In this document: positions 35,200-46,514 of the stretch, piece after piece
Numbering within the stretch: the first letter of the stretch is position 1
How the letters are laid out: every line of letters starts with the position of its first letter
Origin: an uncultured Nitrososphaeraceae archaeon
GTDB lineage: Archaea > Thermoproteota > Nitrososphaeria > Nitrososphaerales > Nitrososphaeraceae
DNA: 64,000 nt
Assembly (NCBI GenBank): GCA_963837175.1
Contig: CAWIMJ010000034.1
Coordinates: forward strand, 96,001 to 160,000
Direction of reading: 5' to 3'
Made by a program: the position numbers and the translations under genes
Notes under the pieces: generated by a model
What the model saw: the letters and a program-made list of their open reading frames with translations, nothing else
The model's database searches: none
Told to the model about the DNA's origin: nothing

Positions 35200-35773
35200 A
35201 TATTGAGTGTAGTACTAGGTCTAATTGTTATTGTGCGAAAAATGGACACAGGATGTTATAAGGTCGGATCAGATGGAAAAAGCGATCTACTAGTTTCTTC
35301 AAAAATCATCATACCATCCCAGTGATACATATGACGAGTCATAATGAATTTAAACTGTTTTTTACCTGTTTTCAGCGTTTCGTTATCCCAAAATGACATG
35401 ACATGTGGTCTACAGGGACATTATGCCATCCAGTCATGTTTAACTTTGAACTTAAATCACTACATACTAACTTAGCATCAGCAGATTCAAGAAATGCCAT
35501 TCCTCCCCATTCGTCACTTTCAAAATGTAGAAATGCTACAAAAGTTAGTTTTTGTAATGAAATTACTTCTTTAACTTTTTCTTCTATTTTCTTGTACATT
35601 CCAATAGGACTAGTATGAATAAGCATTGGCTGTTCATCGTCAATTAAGAACTGATTGAATGTAATTCCAAATGTGCTATTATATCCAGAAATTCTGTATA
35701 TTCCATCATTTATCTCTGCAATTTTAACATCAATATCCTTTGGGCTATAGTTAGTCTGGCTTATGTGTGGCAA
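35200..35773 (-). pseudogene. MBL-fold (FprA/ODP-like) di-iron protein, frameshifted and truncated
   Basis: HFESDEWG motif; continues FWDNETL...HWDGMMIFEETSRSLFPSDL in another frame. Confidence 0.8.
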
Positions 35774-35998
35774 GTATTAGATTTTATATTTGAAATTGTA
35801 TTAGATATAGAATTGTATTCGATCACACCAAAAGGTAAGAGACTCCTGCAATGCTGGATTAGTTTCCTATCAGCATATTCTTGAAAACAATAAGCATTCT
35901 GCAGATAAATCTTATCTATAGAATATTACATCACTTTACTGATAGAGAGAACTTTAGAATCGTGAAAATGAAATGACATCGAACCATAATGAGGTATT

Positions 35999-36400
35999 TT
36001 GATATTCGACGAAGGAAAGTCATATTTATCCGAGTTTCCTGGTGGATGGCTCAACTTCAAAAAGAATGTAAACCATTGTTTAACATATGTTTCAACAGAT
36101 GATAAGATAGATACAGAATTAAAGAAGTGGTTTGATGAAAAATTTGGTGTGCATAATAAAACCTCAGAAGATGGAATATCTATTTTAAAAAAACTTTCTC
36201 TTATCGAAAGAAAAGATACAAGGATCCAACTCACTCCTAAGGGATTAGAATGCGTCACTCTAACAAATGCTGACAAGCATGATCAGTTTCTTTTTGAAAT
36301 TCTCAACTCGACGTATGCCAGAATATCAGAATTAATCGACATTCTTAAGAAGAATGGACCTCTTGAGGTCAAGGAGATTATGAAACAGTTAGGCACCTTA
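35999..36400 (+). pseudogene. Tandem winged-helix fragment resembling N-termini of Mrr/McrB-type restriction proteins
   Basis: ILKKLSLIERKDTRIQLTPKG...ISELIDILKKNGPLEVKEI; no nuclease domain follows. Confidence 0.45.
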
Positions 36401-36960
36401 TCAAGAACGATTGTTTTTATTTTCAGGTTTGGTATTTTGAGAGGTCCTAGAGTAACAGGATTCGCATTGAAAGTCAGTTTCTGATGATAGATATGCTTGA
36501 TGAAGCGGCTGTCCCAAATGACAAAAGAGATAGAAAACCCATTAGAATGGCTTTATATTCTATAACTCCAAAAGGTAAGAGACCCATTAAACTGCTGAAT
36601 TGCTTTCCTTTCTGCATTATAGAGTAATTTTAGTCGTCAAATAACGGCCAGATAATTGTCATATTATCGTCAAATAGTAGTCAGATGCAATATATACACC
36701 GATATGACATTTGTGATTTAACCAATAGCCATAATTATCAAACCACCTAGAGTAAGAGATCACAAGAAGATGGCTGTAATTTTATAGTTTTCACCTAGCT
36801 AAAACATTATTTTATTTTTGTACGGAAAGTCGTATCAATAATTTTGTCCTGAATAATAATTGTAACCACAATAACTTTATAGACAACTTACAAAACATCT
36901 CCTCTAAGATTGTCTGCTTAGCAGCACCGAGCCTGTTTAGTATTTATCAAAATTTACTCA

Positions 36961-37857
36961 TTATCTTTGGACATTGCTTTTCAATACATTCCATGCTGCT
37001 TCAATATCTACTAATGGAGGTATAATTGATGACTTACGAGGACTATATAAAGAATTGGCTGTTCTAATAGCAAGAATTATCTCTGCTGCTGTAGCTTTTG
37101 GAAATACAGACCAAAGAAGTGCTAGAGCCCCCGTTACAAATGGAGTGCAAAGCTTGTACCACTCATCTGTATATATCCTCCACCGCCTTCGTCTGAAGAT
37201 GTACTGGTTATATTTACACCAGGGGCCATCAATCCACGATTTCCTATTGATTTACCGAAATTTGACATTGAATCAAGTTGCCCGTACTCATCACATGCTG
37301 CTACAGGAATGATCCATTGGTTGTTTATAAGAGAGATGCTGCCGATATTTCCTTGATTTCCTGATGCAGCTACTATTATTGTTCCGTGTAGACGGGCGTA
37401 ATCATAAGCTTCTTGTAGCCTAGAATATGTTATCAATGAAGATGAGGACAAGCCTAAACTTAGGTTTATAATTTTCACTTGCGCATCTACCACTTCTATA
37501 ATTGCTTCAGATAATTCTTCAGGAAGTAGGACGAGGTAGTATAATGTCTCTATTAGTTAGTGTTTGATCCATGAAAATGGGGCGTAATAGCAATGTACAT
37601 CCTGGACATATTGCAGGCGCGGATAATCCACGTTTGGCACACAATATTCCTCCTACAAACGTACCATGTCTGCAGGCTATACTGCTAGCACTTTTGCACA
37701 CTGCAAGTTGGGATTCTTTAACAGCACTTATTCTGGATCCCTGGAAAGCAGGATGGGTATAGTCGAGAGGTCCATCAATAAGACCTATACTTATGTCAGG
37801 ATTACCATTAGAAATATTCATCAGGGATTGTAATCTTATTTGGCTTAATGGATCCAT
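36961..37857 (-). CDS. PatA/PatG-like S8 subtilisin protease (about 298 aa when joined; single-base frameshifts near 37525 and 37148)
   Basis: IGLIDGP.D..HPAF (Asp), HGTFVGG (His), AASGNQG (oxyanion Asn), SGTSFA-[shift]-PFVTGALALLWS (Ser); AICPGC motif; no signal peptide. Confidence 0.88.
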
Positions 37858-37903
37858 TATCTTTACATTATCTTTACTCTTCTTTGCTTTGCTCTTATTT
37901 TAT

Positions 37904-38867
37904 TTAACGCTCAAAATACTGTTGCATAGGACTTACTAGGAATGGAAATTCTTCTGTTACATCTACTCTAACAAACCATTTCTGTATTGCTCTGTTAGTA
38001 CGATTCTCATATGAGAATATGACATCAACTATTTTACGAGTACCGCTAAGTCGTGATGGGAGAACATCTACAGCAGTAAATGAATAGTTTTCATCCTGCA
38101 TCAATTGAGTTCTATGATATATCTCATCATAACGAACTACTAAATAGTTAAGAGCACGATGCTCGTCTGTCGTACCCGCATTATCAGCAATTTGAATTAT
38201 ATGATTAAAAAGTACGTCAGTAGTTTTTCTAAATTGATCCTCACTTTCACCTTTTCGCTTAGGAATTGATTTCATAAGAGTATTTCTGTCAAAAGAGTAT
38301 ATTTGATCTACTACAACAATGGGTACCATAAGTCCATTACACTTTTCAGGTGAAGCCATTGGCCCTCTTCTTCCAATAATTACATCAATATCTACAAAGG
38401 GACCAGGAGCAGGTCGAAGTGCTTGAGCCAGTCTGTCTATATCTAAAGGATCAGTTGGAACTAGAATATATGTTTCTAAGCCTTCAATATTCATTACATA
38501 ACAAATTTGACGAGCTATATACCGGTTAACTGGATCAGTAAGAGGCAGCATGGATAATGTCTTCGCGGGTTCGACCCCTTGTCTCCTCTTCAGGCCTGCG
38601 ACCCGTAGCTTGTGCTAATTCTAGCTCCAAAGATCTAGTAGGAAAGCGATGAACAACTTTTCCTATAGCATATACATACAATGGATCAGCCATTTTACCA
38701 TCCTCAGAACCACAGGAACAACCTTCTTGTTTGCCGCATGCACAGGGTTTATCCATGGTGGTTTGTGGAGATATTTCTGTTTTATGATTGTTAGCGTTAG
38801 AGTGTCGATGTTCTGATGAAGGAATCTCGATGCTTGCTCCATTTTCTATATTTTGTTCATCTTGCAT
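37904..38867 (-). CDS. Stand-alone cyanobactin PatA/PatG C-terminal DUF protein (PatG_D plus PatG_C; frameshift near 38543)
   Basis: YVYAIGK...FPTRSLE; RYIARQICYV.NIEGLETYIL.P; CNGLMVPIVVVDQIYSFD; DNAGTTDEHRALNYL.VRY; SRLSG.R.IVDVIFS; VRVDVTEEFPFLV. Confidence 0.9.
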
Positions 38868-39726
38868 CTAACTATTGCTACAATATCAGTTATATCCTTT
38901 TCTCTAAACTTTTTAACTATTTGTTTTTAATGAATTAGTTTAAAAGATTTTTAAAATATCTGACTGAGATCTACCCACTCTCGATATTTATTAATCTAAA
39001 ATCAATTACATACTGAATAACATTAATTCGTAGACCTAAGTAGAAATTTGTAATATTACCGTGAAATCACTTTTAGAATAGTCAAACATTGCATAACGAT
39101 GGAAGAGGCTTAGTTTTAATAAAGCACCTATCTATCAATTCACTTGACTGGCTTCCCGAGGAGTTTCAAGGACTTATACAGCCAATTCAGGGTGAAGATG
39201 CGACCTAGCGATGAGACGTTCAACAGCCTGTTCAAGATACTTCATTGTGGGTGAGGGAGCGCTGGTGTTAAACCCATTTTCTTCATATGGGTAAGAGTGT
39301 TGATATCAGGAATGAATTCAGCACAAGCCATATTCCAATTTACTAAAGTCGATTTTAGCTAGGTACATTATTAATAAAAGAATACAACAATTCGATGTCG
39401 AAGTGGTTCTTACATGATATAAGAAAATTAAAGGAAATTTATAGCCGTCATCCTAATCCTCCCTGTTGGATATAAGTTTGATCATCTTACGACTAGTTTT
39501 ATTCTTGGGATAATTGATTGTTATAACCAAGCAGCATATTTAGTATAGTTGCTTTAGAGTTATTTATTCAATTTTTCACTTCTATTTTTATCTATCTGCT
39601 ATACACATTTCCTACTAACTGTTACTTTTATATTTCCCATATATAGAACATTTATGACTGTACCGTTTTAATATTTCGCAATTGAGCTGAGCCGAACTGC
39701 AATAAATCTATATGCGTTCCAGGACA

Positions 39727-40038
39727 TTAAGGACAAGTGGAGCAGGTTGGCTTACCACAACAATTTCCACCGTCTGCGCATTAGCAGCCTCCACACTCTT
39801 TATAGCACTCAAGCTTGCAAACTTGAATACAGCGCTCTCTTCGTGATCCTGACAGCCCCTCGCATTCCCCTCTATAACATCTTCCAAAACAATCGCTACA
39901 ACAGGAAGCAGGTTTTATTACTGCTGTTAAACCTGAATAACGATTCCTTAAAGAGGGGGAGGCTTCATGCCTATAGACAAACAAATTTTGAGCAGTAAAA
40001 CCTGGTAAAGACCTTTCCTTATAATCTCCTTTTACCAT
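39727..40038 (-). CDS. Cys-rich candidate precursor peptide with LPGFTA leader (internal TAA at 39781-39783)
   Basis: Leader ...SLPGFTAQ...VIKPA, core with 10 Cys to the first stop; the frame continues CADGGNCCGKPTCSTCP to a stop at 39727. Confidence 0.7.
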
Positions 40039-40172
40039 AAATAAGTCTTTAAGCTTATATTATTTAAAGAATTCTCATTTCGCCAGCATGTATCTAATTT
40101 CAGAATTACTATATAATATAATTTCTGTTTTTAACTTGTTATTGGTTATATATACATGCTCAAGGAATTCTG

Positions 40173-40330
40173 GGCTCTGTTCACTTAATTTTTCCTTTAA
40201 TAAGTATTCTATTATGCATATAAACAAACTGACTCATCATCCAATTGCTAACATGACGTTCTAGTTTACAGTTATCTCTTTTTCTACATGGAAAATAATA
40301 ATCATCAAAACATTCTGTTCTATCTTTAAA
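40173..40330 (-). mobile_element. IS6 3' remnant with TIR
   Basis: KDRTECFDDYYFPC...; GGCTCTGTTCACTTAA at 40173. Confidence 0.8.
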
Positions 40331-40626
40331 GTTGTATAGACATACCTGATGCATTTGCTGCACTTTTTAATTTCTCATCAACACTTTCTAATGCCGTCGT
40401 AACATCATCATCATCTTTATTATCACTATATCTACTGCCGGTCAGGAAGTCTTGTTACCCATCATCATCATTTCCATGATGCTTTGAGGAATCATTACTA
40501 TAGCACTTTAATCAACTGCTTTTTCTCTGCATGTTTGATTAGCTGCTTTTGCTGCTGCTGCATCTAAACCTGGTATAGTAGTAGTTGGTGGTGGTAGTAG
40601 TAGCAGGGGTTATGATACTGTAGAAA

Positions 40627-40857
40627 TTACACAGTGTTTGAAATAACATTGGTCACATAAACCAAGCCATTAGTTGGGTTAATAGCAACTCCATGTGGAT
40701 TTTGACAAACAGGTATAGTAGCAATTACAGAATATTTCTGTGCATTAGCTGTACCTATTTCGGAAGAAAATACTGTAGTAGAAATCAGGAGTGTCATAGT
40801 CAAAAGTGAAAACAATTTAAGAGAAATGGTAGTTTTCATGGGGGTTTCATAACTCAT
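40627..40857 (-). pseudogene. Secreted YVTN beta-propeller protein, truncated
   Basis: Signal peptide; VIATIPV..NPHGVAINPTNGLVYVTN..SNTV. Confidence 0.75.
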
Positions 40858-40955
40858 TATAAACCATCTTGTTATAGCAGCAGCAACTGCTAAATTCTAG
40901 CATTTATGACAAGGATATGATATATATTATTTATAGTTTTATGATGTGTTTTCTG

Positions 40956-41626
40956 GGCTCTGTTCACTTAAGGTTAAACCTATAGCTTTCAATATATTAA
41001 TTCCCTTTATGTTCAAAAGAAATAGAACATCTTCAAAGTATATCTATTATGCAAAGTTATATTTTTCAGGTCTATCACTTCGAAAAGCATCAGAATATTT
41101 GTCTGCATTTATCAAAAGAAACCATGTTTCTATTTGGAACTGGGTTCAACGATATAAGCCAAGATATCTCAAAAGAGAAAGAAGGTATCAGAATTTATTA
41201 TAGATGAAACTTTGCTTAAAGTTCGTAATGAATTTGTATGGCTGTGGATTGCAATTGAACCAATAGATAAAATAATTCTTGGTATTCATATTTCCTTTAA
41301 AAGAACAATGCTTGTTGCTGCAGAACGATTTCTACAAGAATTGGTTAGGAAATATGGAAAACATCCAGTTTCAACCAATGGAGGTACATGGTATCCACAG
41401 GCTTGTAAATTCCTGAATATGAATCATCATCATCTGCATTCCTCCTATGAGAAAAGCATGATTGAAAGAACCATACAGAGTACATCAAAAGGATAGAACC
41501 GAAAGCTTTGATCATGACTACTTTCCTTGTAGAAAAGAAAAATGTAAACTACAACATATCAGAAATTGGTTCAATTTTTTCGTTGATTATCATAATACGG
41601 AGATGATGGCTTAAGTAAACAGAGCC
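40956..41626 (+). mobile_element. IS6-family element with frameshifted transposase
   Basis: TIRs GGCTCTGTTCACTTAAG and CTTAAGTAAACAGAGCC; highly similar to 31557-32244. Confidence 0.92.
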
Positions 41627-41830
41627 GAATTCTATGAGATTTTTTCTTGTCTCTTCCAATTTTTTCTGCAAAGTGTTCTTTTCTTGACCTATTGCTTTTT
41701 CAACTAATTTTTCTATGGATATTATAGTTAGATCTGGCTGCACAGGTGTTTTCATAGCTTTTAAATTCCAATGTGTCGGATTCTCCTTTATTGATTAACT
41801 CTTCCAAAATCTCTTTATCATCAATTTCAG
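41627..41830 (-). pseudogene. AlbA_2/Schlafen-like domain fragment cut by an IS
   Basis: ILEELINKGESDTLEFKS motif. Confidence 0.6.
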
Positions 41831-42459
41831 TAGAAAGTTTTTGTTGTATGATTTTGTCAGTTGATCTGCAAGTGGTTCAATAATAATACTTCTATCAAGC
41901 ATATTTATCCGAGTTTAAATTCAAATAGTTTCACAATATTCATATTAACGCTAAGTAAACATAGAATAGAAATCCACGTACCATCAAGGTTTAGATGGCA
42001 AAAAATTAACTTACAGTTCTGTCGTTAGCATTTATAAAACATACATTATAGCCTCTATAGCAGTAACTTCGATATTTGATGTATTTTCATATTATCAACC
42101 TACAATAAAATTACCTCCGAAGCAACATCCCTTATGGGTGAATTTTTAATTTTCTGTGCTAGATCATAGATAGAACTTAAAAGTGGTTCGATGTTCTTTG
42201 TCTCATTCTTATAGAATAATATATTATCCATCTTTTCTCTTGTCTCGGTAGCGTGTTTCGCTATACTTCTTTCAAACTGTACATGAGCAAAAATAGACAA
42301 TGAACTAAGTGATTCAATCTTTGAAATGAGATCATCAAACTAATTCCTTTTGATCCTCTTTATCTAAAAACGTCATTCCCTCAGGTACTGAACCTTAAGC
42401 TTTTTACTTTATTCTAAATAGATATCGCATTATTAATTAAATTTGTATTCATATTAATA

Positions 42460-44085
42460 TTATTTCAATTTAAGTTTGGTTTGGATTTTTTTACCAGCTT
42501 CAATTAAAAGTTTAGCATCCTCAGTATTTTGGTCCTTTATTTCATTCATAAAGTTATTAAGTTGACTAGAAGCCTGTTCAACTCCTTTGGATATCTTTAG
42601 ATCTTTTACAAGAGTTTCTAAAGCATCTTCGACTCCTTGTCTTATTAACCAGTTTTTAGTGTCGGTAGAACAATCACACCATTTATTTGAAATGTCGTTA
42701 GGGTCACCGCTCCTTTCAATACGTATTAATTTAGTTATATCAAAGCGTTTCTCTAAGAGGTTTCGGTATTTTCTTTTGTCGCCTGTATGATGTTTACTTT
42801 TGCCAGTTTTATCTAAAATTTCATTTATTTCCTCGTTTGTAGCGTTCTTTCTTTTTGCTAAATCTAACAATTCTTTTGATAAATTAAGGTAATCTGATAC
42901 AATATTGGTAACCTTCTCATCGTAGGGTGTTTTATCTTGATAGGTCAATCCATTCTTTCTGTTGATTACTGAATCATAATCTGAACTAACTGGATAATTT
43001 TTTTCCTCCATCCAAGGCCACACATCAACAACATAAACTTCTAGATTAGGAATTTTTTCTGCGTCTTCTACATCTGTCCAATAGTTCTGATGTGACTGTA
43101 TTAGATCCCTTAGTGGAGTATTGCTTAATATACCACCATCCCAAAATCGTCTATGACTTACAAGGTTGCCTTGCCGCAAGTCTTCTTTTAATCTCTCTTC
43201 TCGTTCTTTATCGCCAATGTTATTATAGTCATAATGTATTGGCACATAAGTATATTCGTAATGTATTGGAACTGAAGCGCTAGCAATTATATGTTCTATC
43301 ATCAATCCTTTATCGTATTCGATTTTTTGAGTGTATTTTTTTGTTAATTCTTCATCAAATCCATATTCTGAACTTCTAGAGCCATCTTTTTTTGTATAGC
43401 TATCAAAAACTACTGTTTCACCTTCTTCTACATCAACACTAACTGTAAGTAATCTTGGTTGTTTTATTGGTTGTTTCTTATCATCATAATAACTTGTTGC
43501 TATTGGGAAGTGGACATTTCTCTTTATACTTTCCCTTAACGGTTTATTATCATACATATACCAAGTATTGCTTGGTATAGTAAAATCATCAAAGAATTTG
43601 TCATCATAGATCTCCCTTGGTCTTGAGAAGACATTTGGAGCTCCTGATAATATATACTCTTTTGCAGAAAAATACCTTCTAGCCGCTTCTCCAGTAGCGG
43701 CAGTAGGATTACTTTTGTTTCTTTGATCCCATACATTCATCCATGAGTTTTCACTCCAAGCAAAGGGGAAGTTAAACCAAAATGGCCACCAATTACTTAA
43801 ATCTGGAGTAGACGATATATCATCCCAGAATTTTAAAAGTTGTAAATGTGCACCTTCCCATGTTTTATTCTCTTGAACATAATTTACCAATATTGCGCCA
43901 TTGATTGCGCCAATAGATGTCCCCGCAACTATATCAAACATATTTTCATTGTCATTCTCATTTTGAATATCTTTTCTTAGCCAATGATATAATGCAACGA
44001 AAACACCTGCTTCATAGGCACCGATAGAACCACCGCCTTGTAATACTAGAGCTCTCTGTTTAGGGGGAATATGTTTAGAAACCAT
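42460..44085 (-). CDS. Patatin-like phospholipase
   Basis: GGGSIG, GTSIG (nucleophile Ser), DGG motifs. Confidence 0.93.
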   Translation of the reverse strand: MVSKHIPPKQRALVLQGGGSIGAYEAGVFVALYHWLRKDIQNENDNENMFDIVAGTSIGAINGAILVNYVQENKTWEGAHLQLLKFWDDISSTPDLSNWWPFWFNFPFAWSENSWMNVWDQRNKSNPTAATGEAARRYFSAKEYILSGAPNVFSRPREIYDDKFFDDFTIPSNTWYMYDNKPLRESIKRNVHFPIATSYYDDKKQPIKQPRLLTVSVDVEEGETVVFDSYTKKDGSRSSEYGFDEELTKKYTQKIEYDKGLMIEHIIASASVPIHYEYTYVPIHYDYNNIGDKEREERLKEDLRQGNLVSHRRFWDGGILSNTPLRDLIQSHQNYWTDVEDAEKIPNLEVYVVDVWPWMEEKNYPVSSDYDSVINRKNGLTYQDKTPYDEKVTNIVSDYLNLSKELLDLAKRKNATNEEINEILDKTGKSKHHTGDKRKYRNLLEKRFDITKLIRIERSGDPNDISNKWCDCSTDTKNWLIRQGVEDALETLVKDLKISKGVEQASSQLNNFMNEIKDQNTEDAKLLIEAGKKIQTKLKLK

Positions 44086-44756
44086 ATCAAACTACGCTTC
44101 TATAATTACTCTCATATAAAACTCCTACATATAGAGGAGACTCTAGACTACTACTTGTGCCAACAATGGCTGCTCATTGTTTTCCTCTTGTAGTGGATTT
44201 AGGCCCATCTAGAGAATTTGAAGCATTAGACATATTCGTAAACAAGGTCATAAAGAAATTATCTGATAATGGAAAATGAGAGAGAAAACCTTCATATGCA
44301 CCATAAATTTGGCAGAACCACAATAGCCAATATCAACCCAATAAGAAAGAAACTGAAGTCCTGAAGTTAACGTAAGATGTAACCTATTGAAAAACGTTTT
44401 AAGGATATACCAGTGTAGAATGTTTCTTTGGATCAGTCAAAACTTTATATATTTATAGCTTTATGGCCGCTCATTTGGGCAGGGATGAAATGAGGAGAAA
44501 TGAGAGCTTTCAGGACTTTTGTCGTTCTTATAGTTATTGTTAATAGTAAATCTGCTCATATGAAAGAATGGTAATAAAGGACAGATTACGATATTAAGTC
44601 TATTCTGGGAGTAACTGTAACAAAGCTCTGATGTTTAGATATGAAAATATCTGAACCCCCTCATGAATGGTTTTCTATTTGTTGTCTCGGCAAATTACCG
44701 ATAAAGCGATTAAGTATTCGAGAATATTTTTCTTTTTCCATGCCTAGTAAAAGAGT

Positions 44757-44799
44757 TGAACCCCTTTACCACAAGGGATATAATCCCGCCCAGTCCACT
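44757..44799 (+). repeat. att-like repeat: hairpin arm plus AATCCCGCCCAGTCCAC
   Basis: First 31 nt identical to 61739-61769; last 18 nt identical to 3778-3795. Confidence 0.7.
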
Positions 44800-44883
44800 A
44801 AACCATATGCCAGAAAAGTGCTCTCTTGTTTTTATATATAGATTAGTCAAAAAGTTGACCCATAACTCATTGCACCTGGGCTA

Positions 44884-45817
44884 CTATGTATATTTTTTCA
44901 AGAATGCCAATGTCTTTTGCCAAGCATCTACAGTTTCATTTGGAGCATAATTACCTCCGGAAGGATTTGCAAATGCATGTCCTAATCCTTTGTATATGTG
45001 AATTTCATTTGATATACCAGTACCATCTAGTGCTGTTTTGAATTGTTGTATCTTTGACAATGGAATAGCTTGGTCTTTATCTCCAAATATTCCAAGCACA
45101 GGCCATTTTATCTTTGAGAGTTCTTGTTTATCTGTGACCAATGGAGTTCCATAGTATAATATAGTTGCGACTAATGGATGTTGTTCGCTATGTAATGCTA
45201 GTTGCAGCGATTGTCCTCCACCAAAACACCAACCAACAGAAGCTATTTTAGAACTATCAACGAAAGGAAGGGAGCTTACGTACTTTACTGCTGCTTGTAA
45301 ATTAGAAATAGATTGTTCAGGATTATTACTGGCTGCCCTTACTAGTTGCATAGCCTGGTTCTGTTCTTTAGCTGACTGACCTTTGAATAAATCAGCTGCC
45401 AATACTACATAGCCTTGCTTAGCAAGGGTGTTGGCCATACTTCGTATATTGTCGTTTATGCCCCACCATTCATGAATCATTATTACTGCTGGAAATTTCT
45501 TGTCAGTAGTAGATGAAGGGTACACGAGGTAACCCAAACTACTGTCAAAATAATTGACTCCTGTTTTGATTTGTAAGCCTTGAGTTGTATTACTACTATT
45601 AGAGGTAATGGTATTAGCTGTAGCGCTAGACACTGTGGTATTATTTATAAAGTTGCTATCATTGTTGTTATTATTAGTTGCTAAAGCAGTCAACATAGGC
45701 AGCATTTGTTTGAGCATATGCAAATGGTATCACCCTATAGTTGGCCATGCTCATCGGCAAGACTAAAGATCCAATAATTAACGATAGAGAAAGTAAAACT
45801 TGGATAATTTTTTTCAT
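44884..45817 (-). CDS. Secreted dienelactone hydrolase family protein (5' frameshift)
   Basis: HEWWG, GWCFGG nucleophile, GDKD, HAFAN. Confidence 0.9.
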
Positions 45818-46514
45818 TAATGTATTAGTGATCGTAATTACTTTTCTATGTTATCCTTTATTGAACACCAACATACTGAAGGATGCTGGATAGTATAAAA
45901 AAATATTCTGCGATTGTTAAGAACGCAAGTCTACTGTAATCTTTGGATTTACTGCAAGAATTGTAATCATTATCCGCTTAGATATGGAAGGCAGTTAACC
46001 ACTTCACTTCTTTTTTATATAAAAGCGACTTCAGATTAACAATTATTTTTGTTATACTTGAAAATGCATACACATATTTTTTATAAAGGAGATAATGCAT
46101 AATTTGAATTCATCTGGGCATAATTTCAAGTAAAAAGAATAAGCTATCTTGTAGAGATATGTATAGTTATAGATATGTATAGGGATTCTATCTAATATTT
46201 TGTGCTGCTTACTAATATATTTGGTAATTTCTAGTTGGTACAAGTTTTATAGCTCTTAAACAATAATAGTATTGGGTAGTAAATAGACACAGAACAACAT
46301 AAGTCAGACATAAAAAGAAGATAATATAAGTCAAAAGAATCTGATTATCATCAAGATGATAAACAACTAGAAGGAGAGCAAGCCAAAGAAACTCACAAAC
46401 GAGCAATAAACCAAATTTTTGACATCAAGTATATTTTACTACATTTCTTGTGTATGAAAGTAACACAGAGCAATGGTAGATTTATAATAGATAACTTATA
46501 GTCTAATACTTATA

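Noticed and set aside
35810-36630. Repeat CCAAAAGGTAAGAGAC at about 35828 and 36568 as a recombination site
   Set aside because: Both translate to LYSITPKGKR, so they are remnants of paralogous PadR-like wHTH C-termini rather than a DNA site.
36961-38867. Calling the locus a true cyanobactin cluster (patA/patG)
   Set aside because: No PatE-like precursor with AYD-type followers and no heterocyclase, oxidase or prenyltransferase in the window; only domain homology is supported.
39140-39332. Possible second precursor peptide between the Cys-rich ORF and the DUF gene
   Set aside because: Short broken minus-strand frames (MACAEFIP...) with no PGFT leader and no Cys-rich core.
39781-39783. Programmed readthrough (Sec/Pyl) in the peptide, or at the TAG at 54921
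   Set aside because: The peptide stop is TAA, which is not a recoded codon, and no pyl or sel genes are visible; mutation or base error is simpler.
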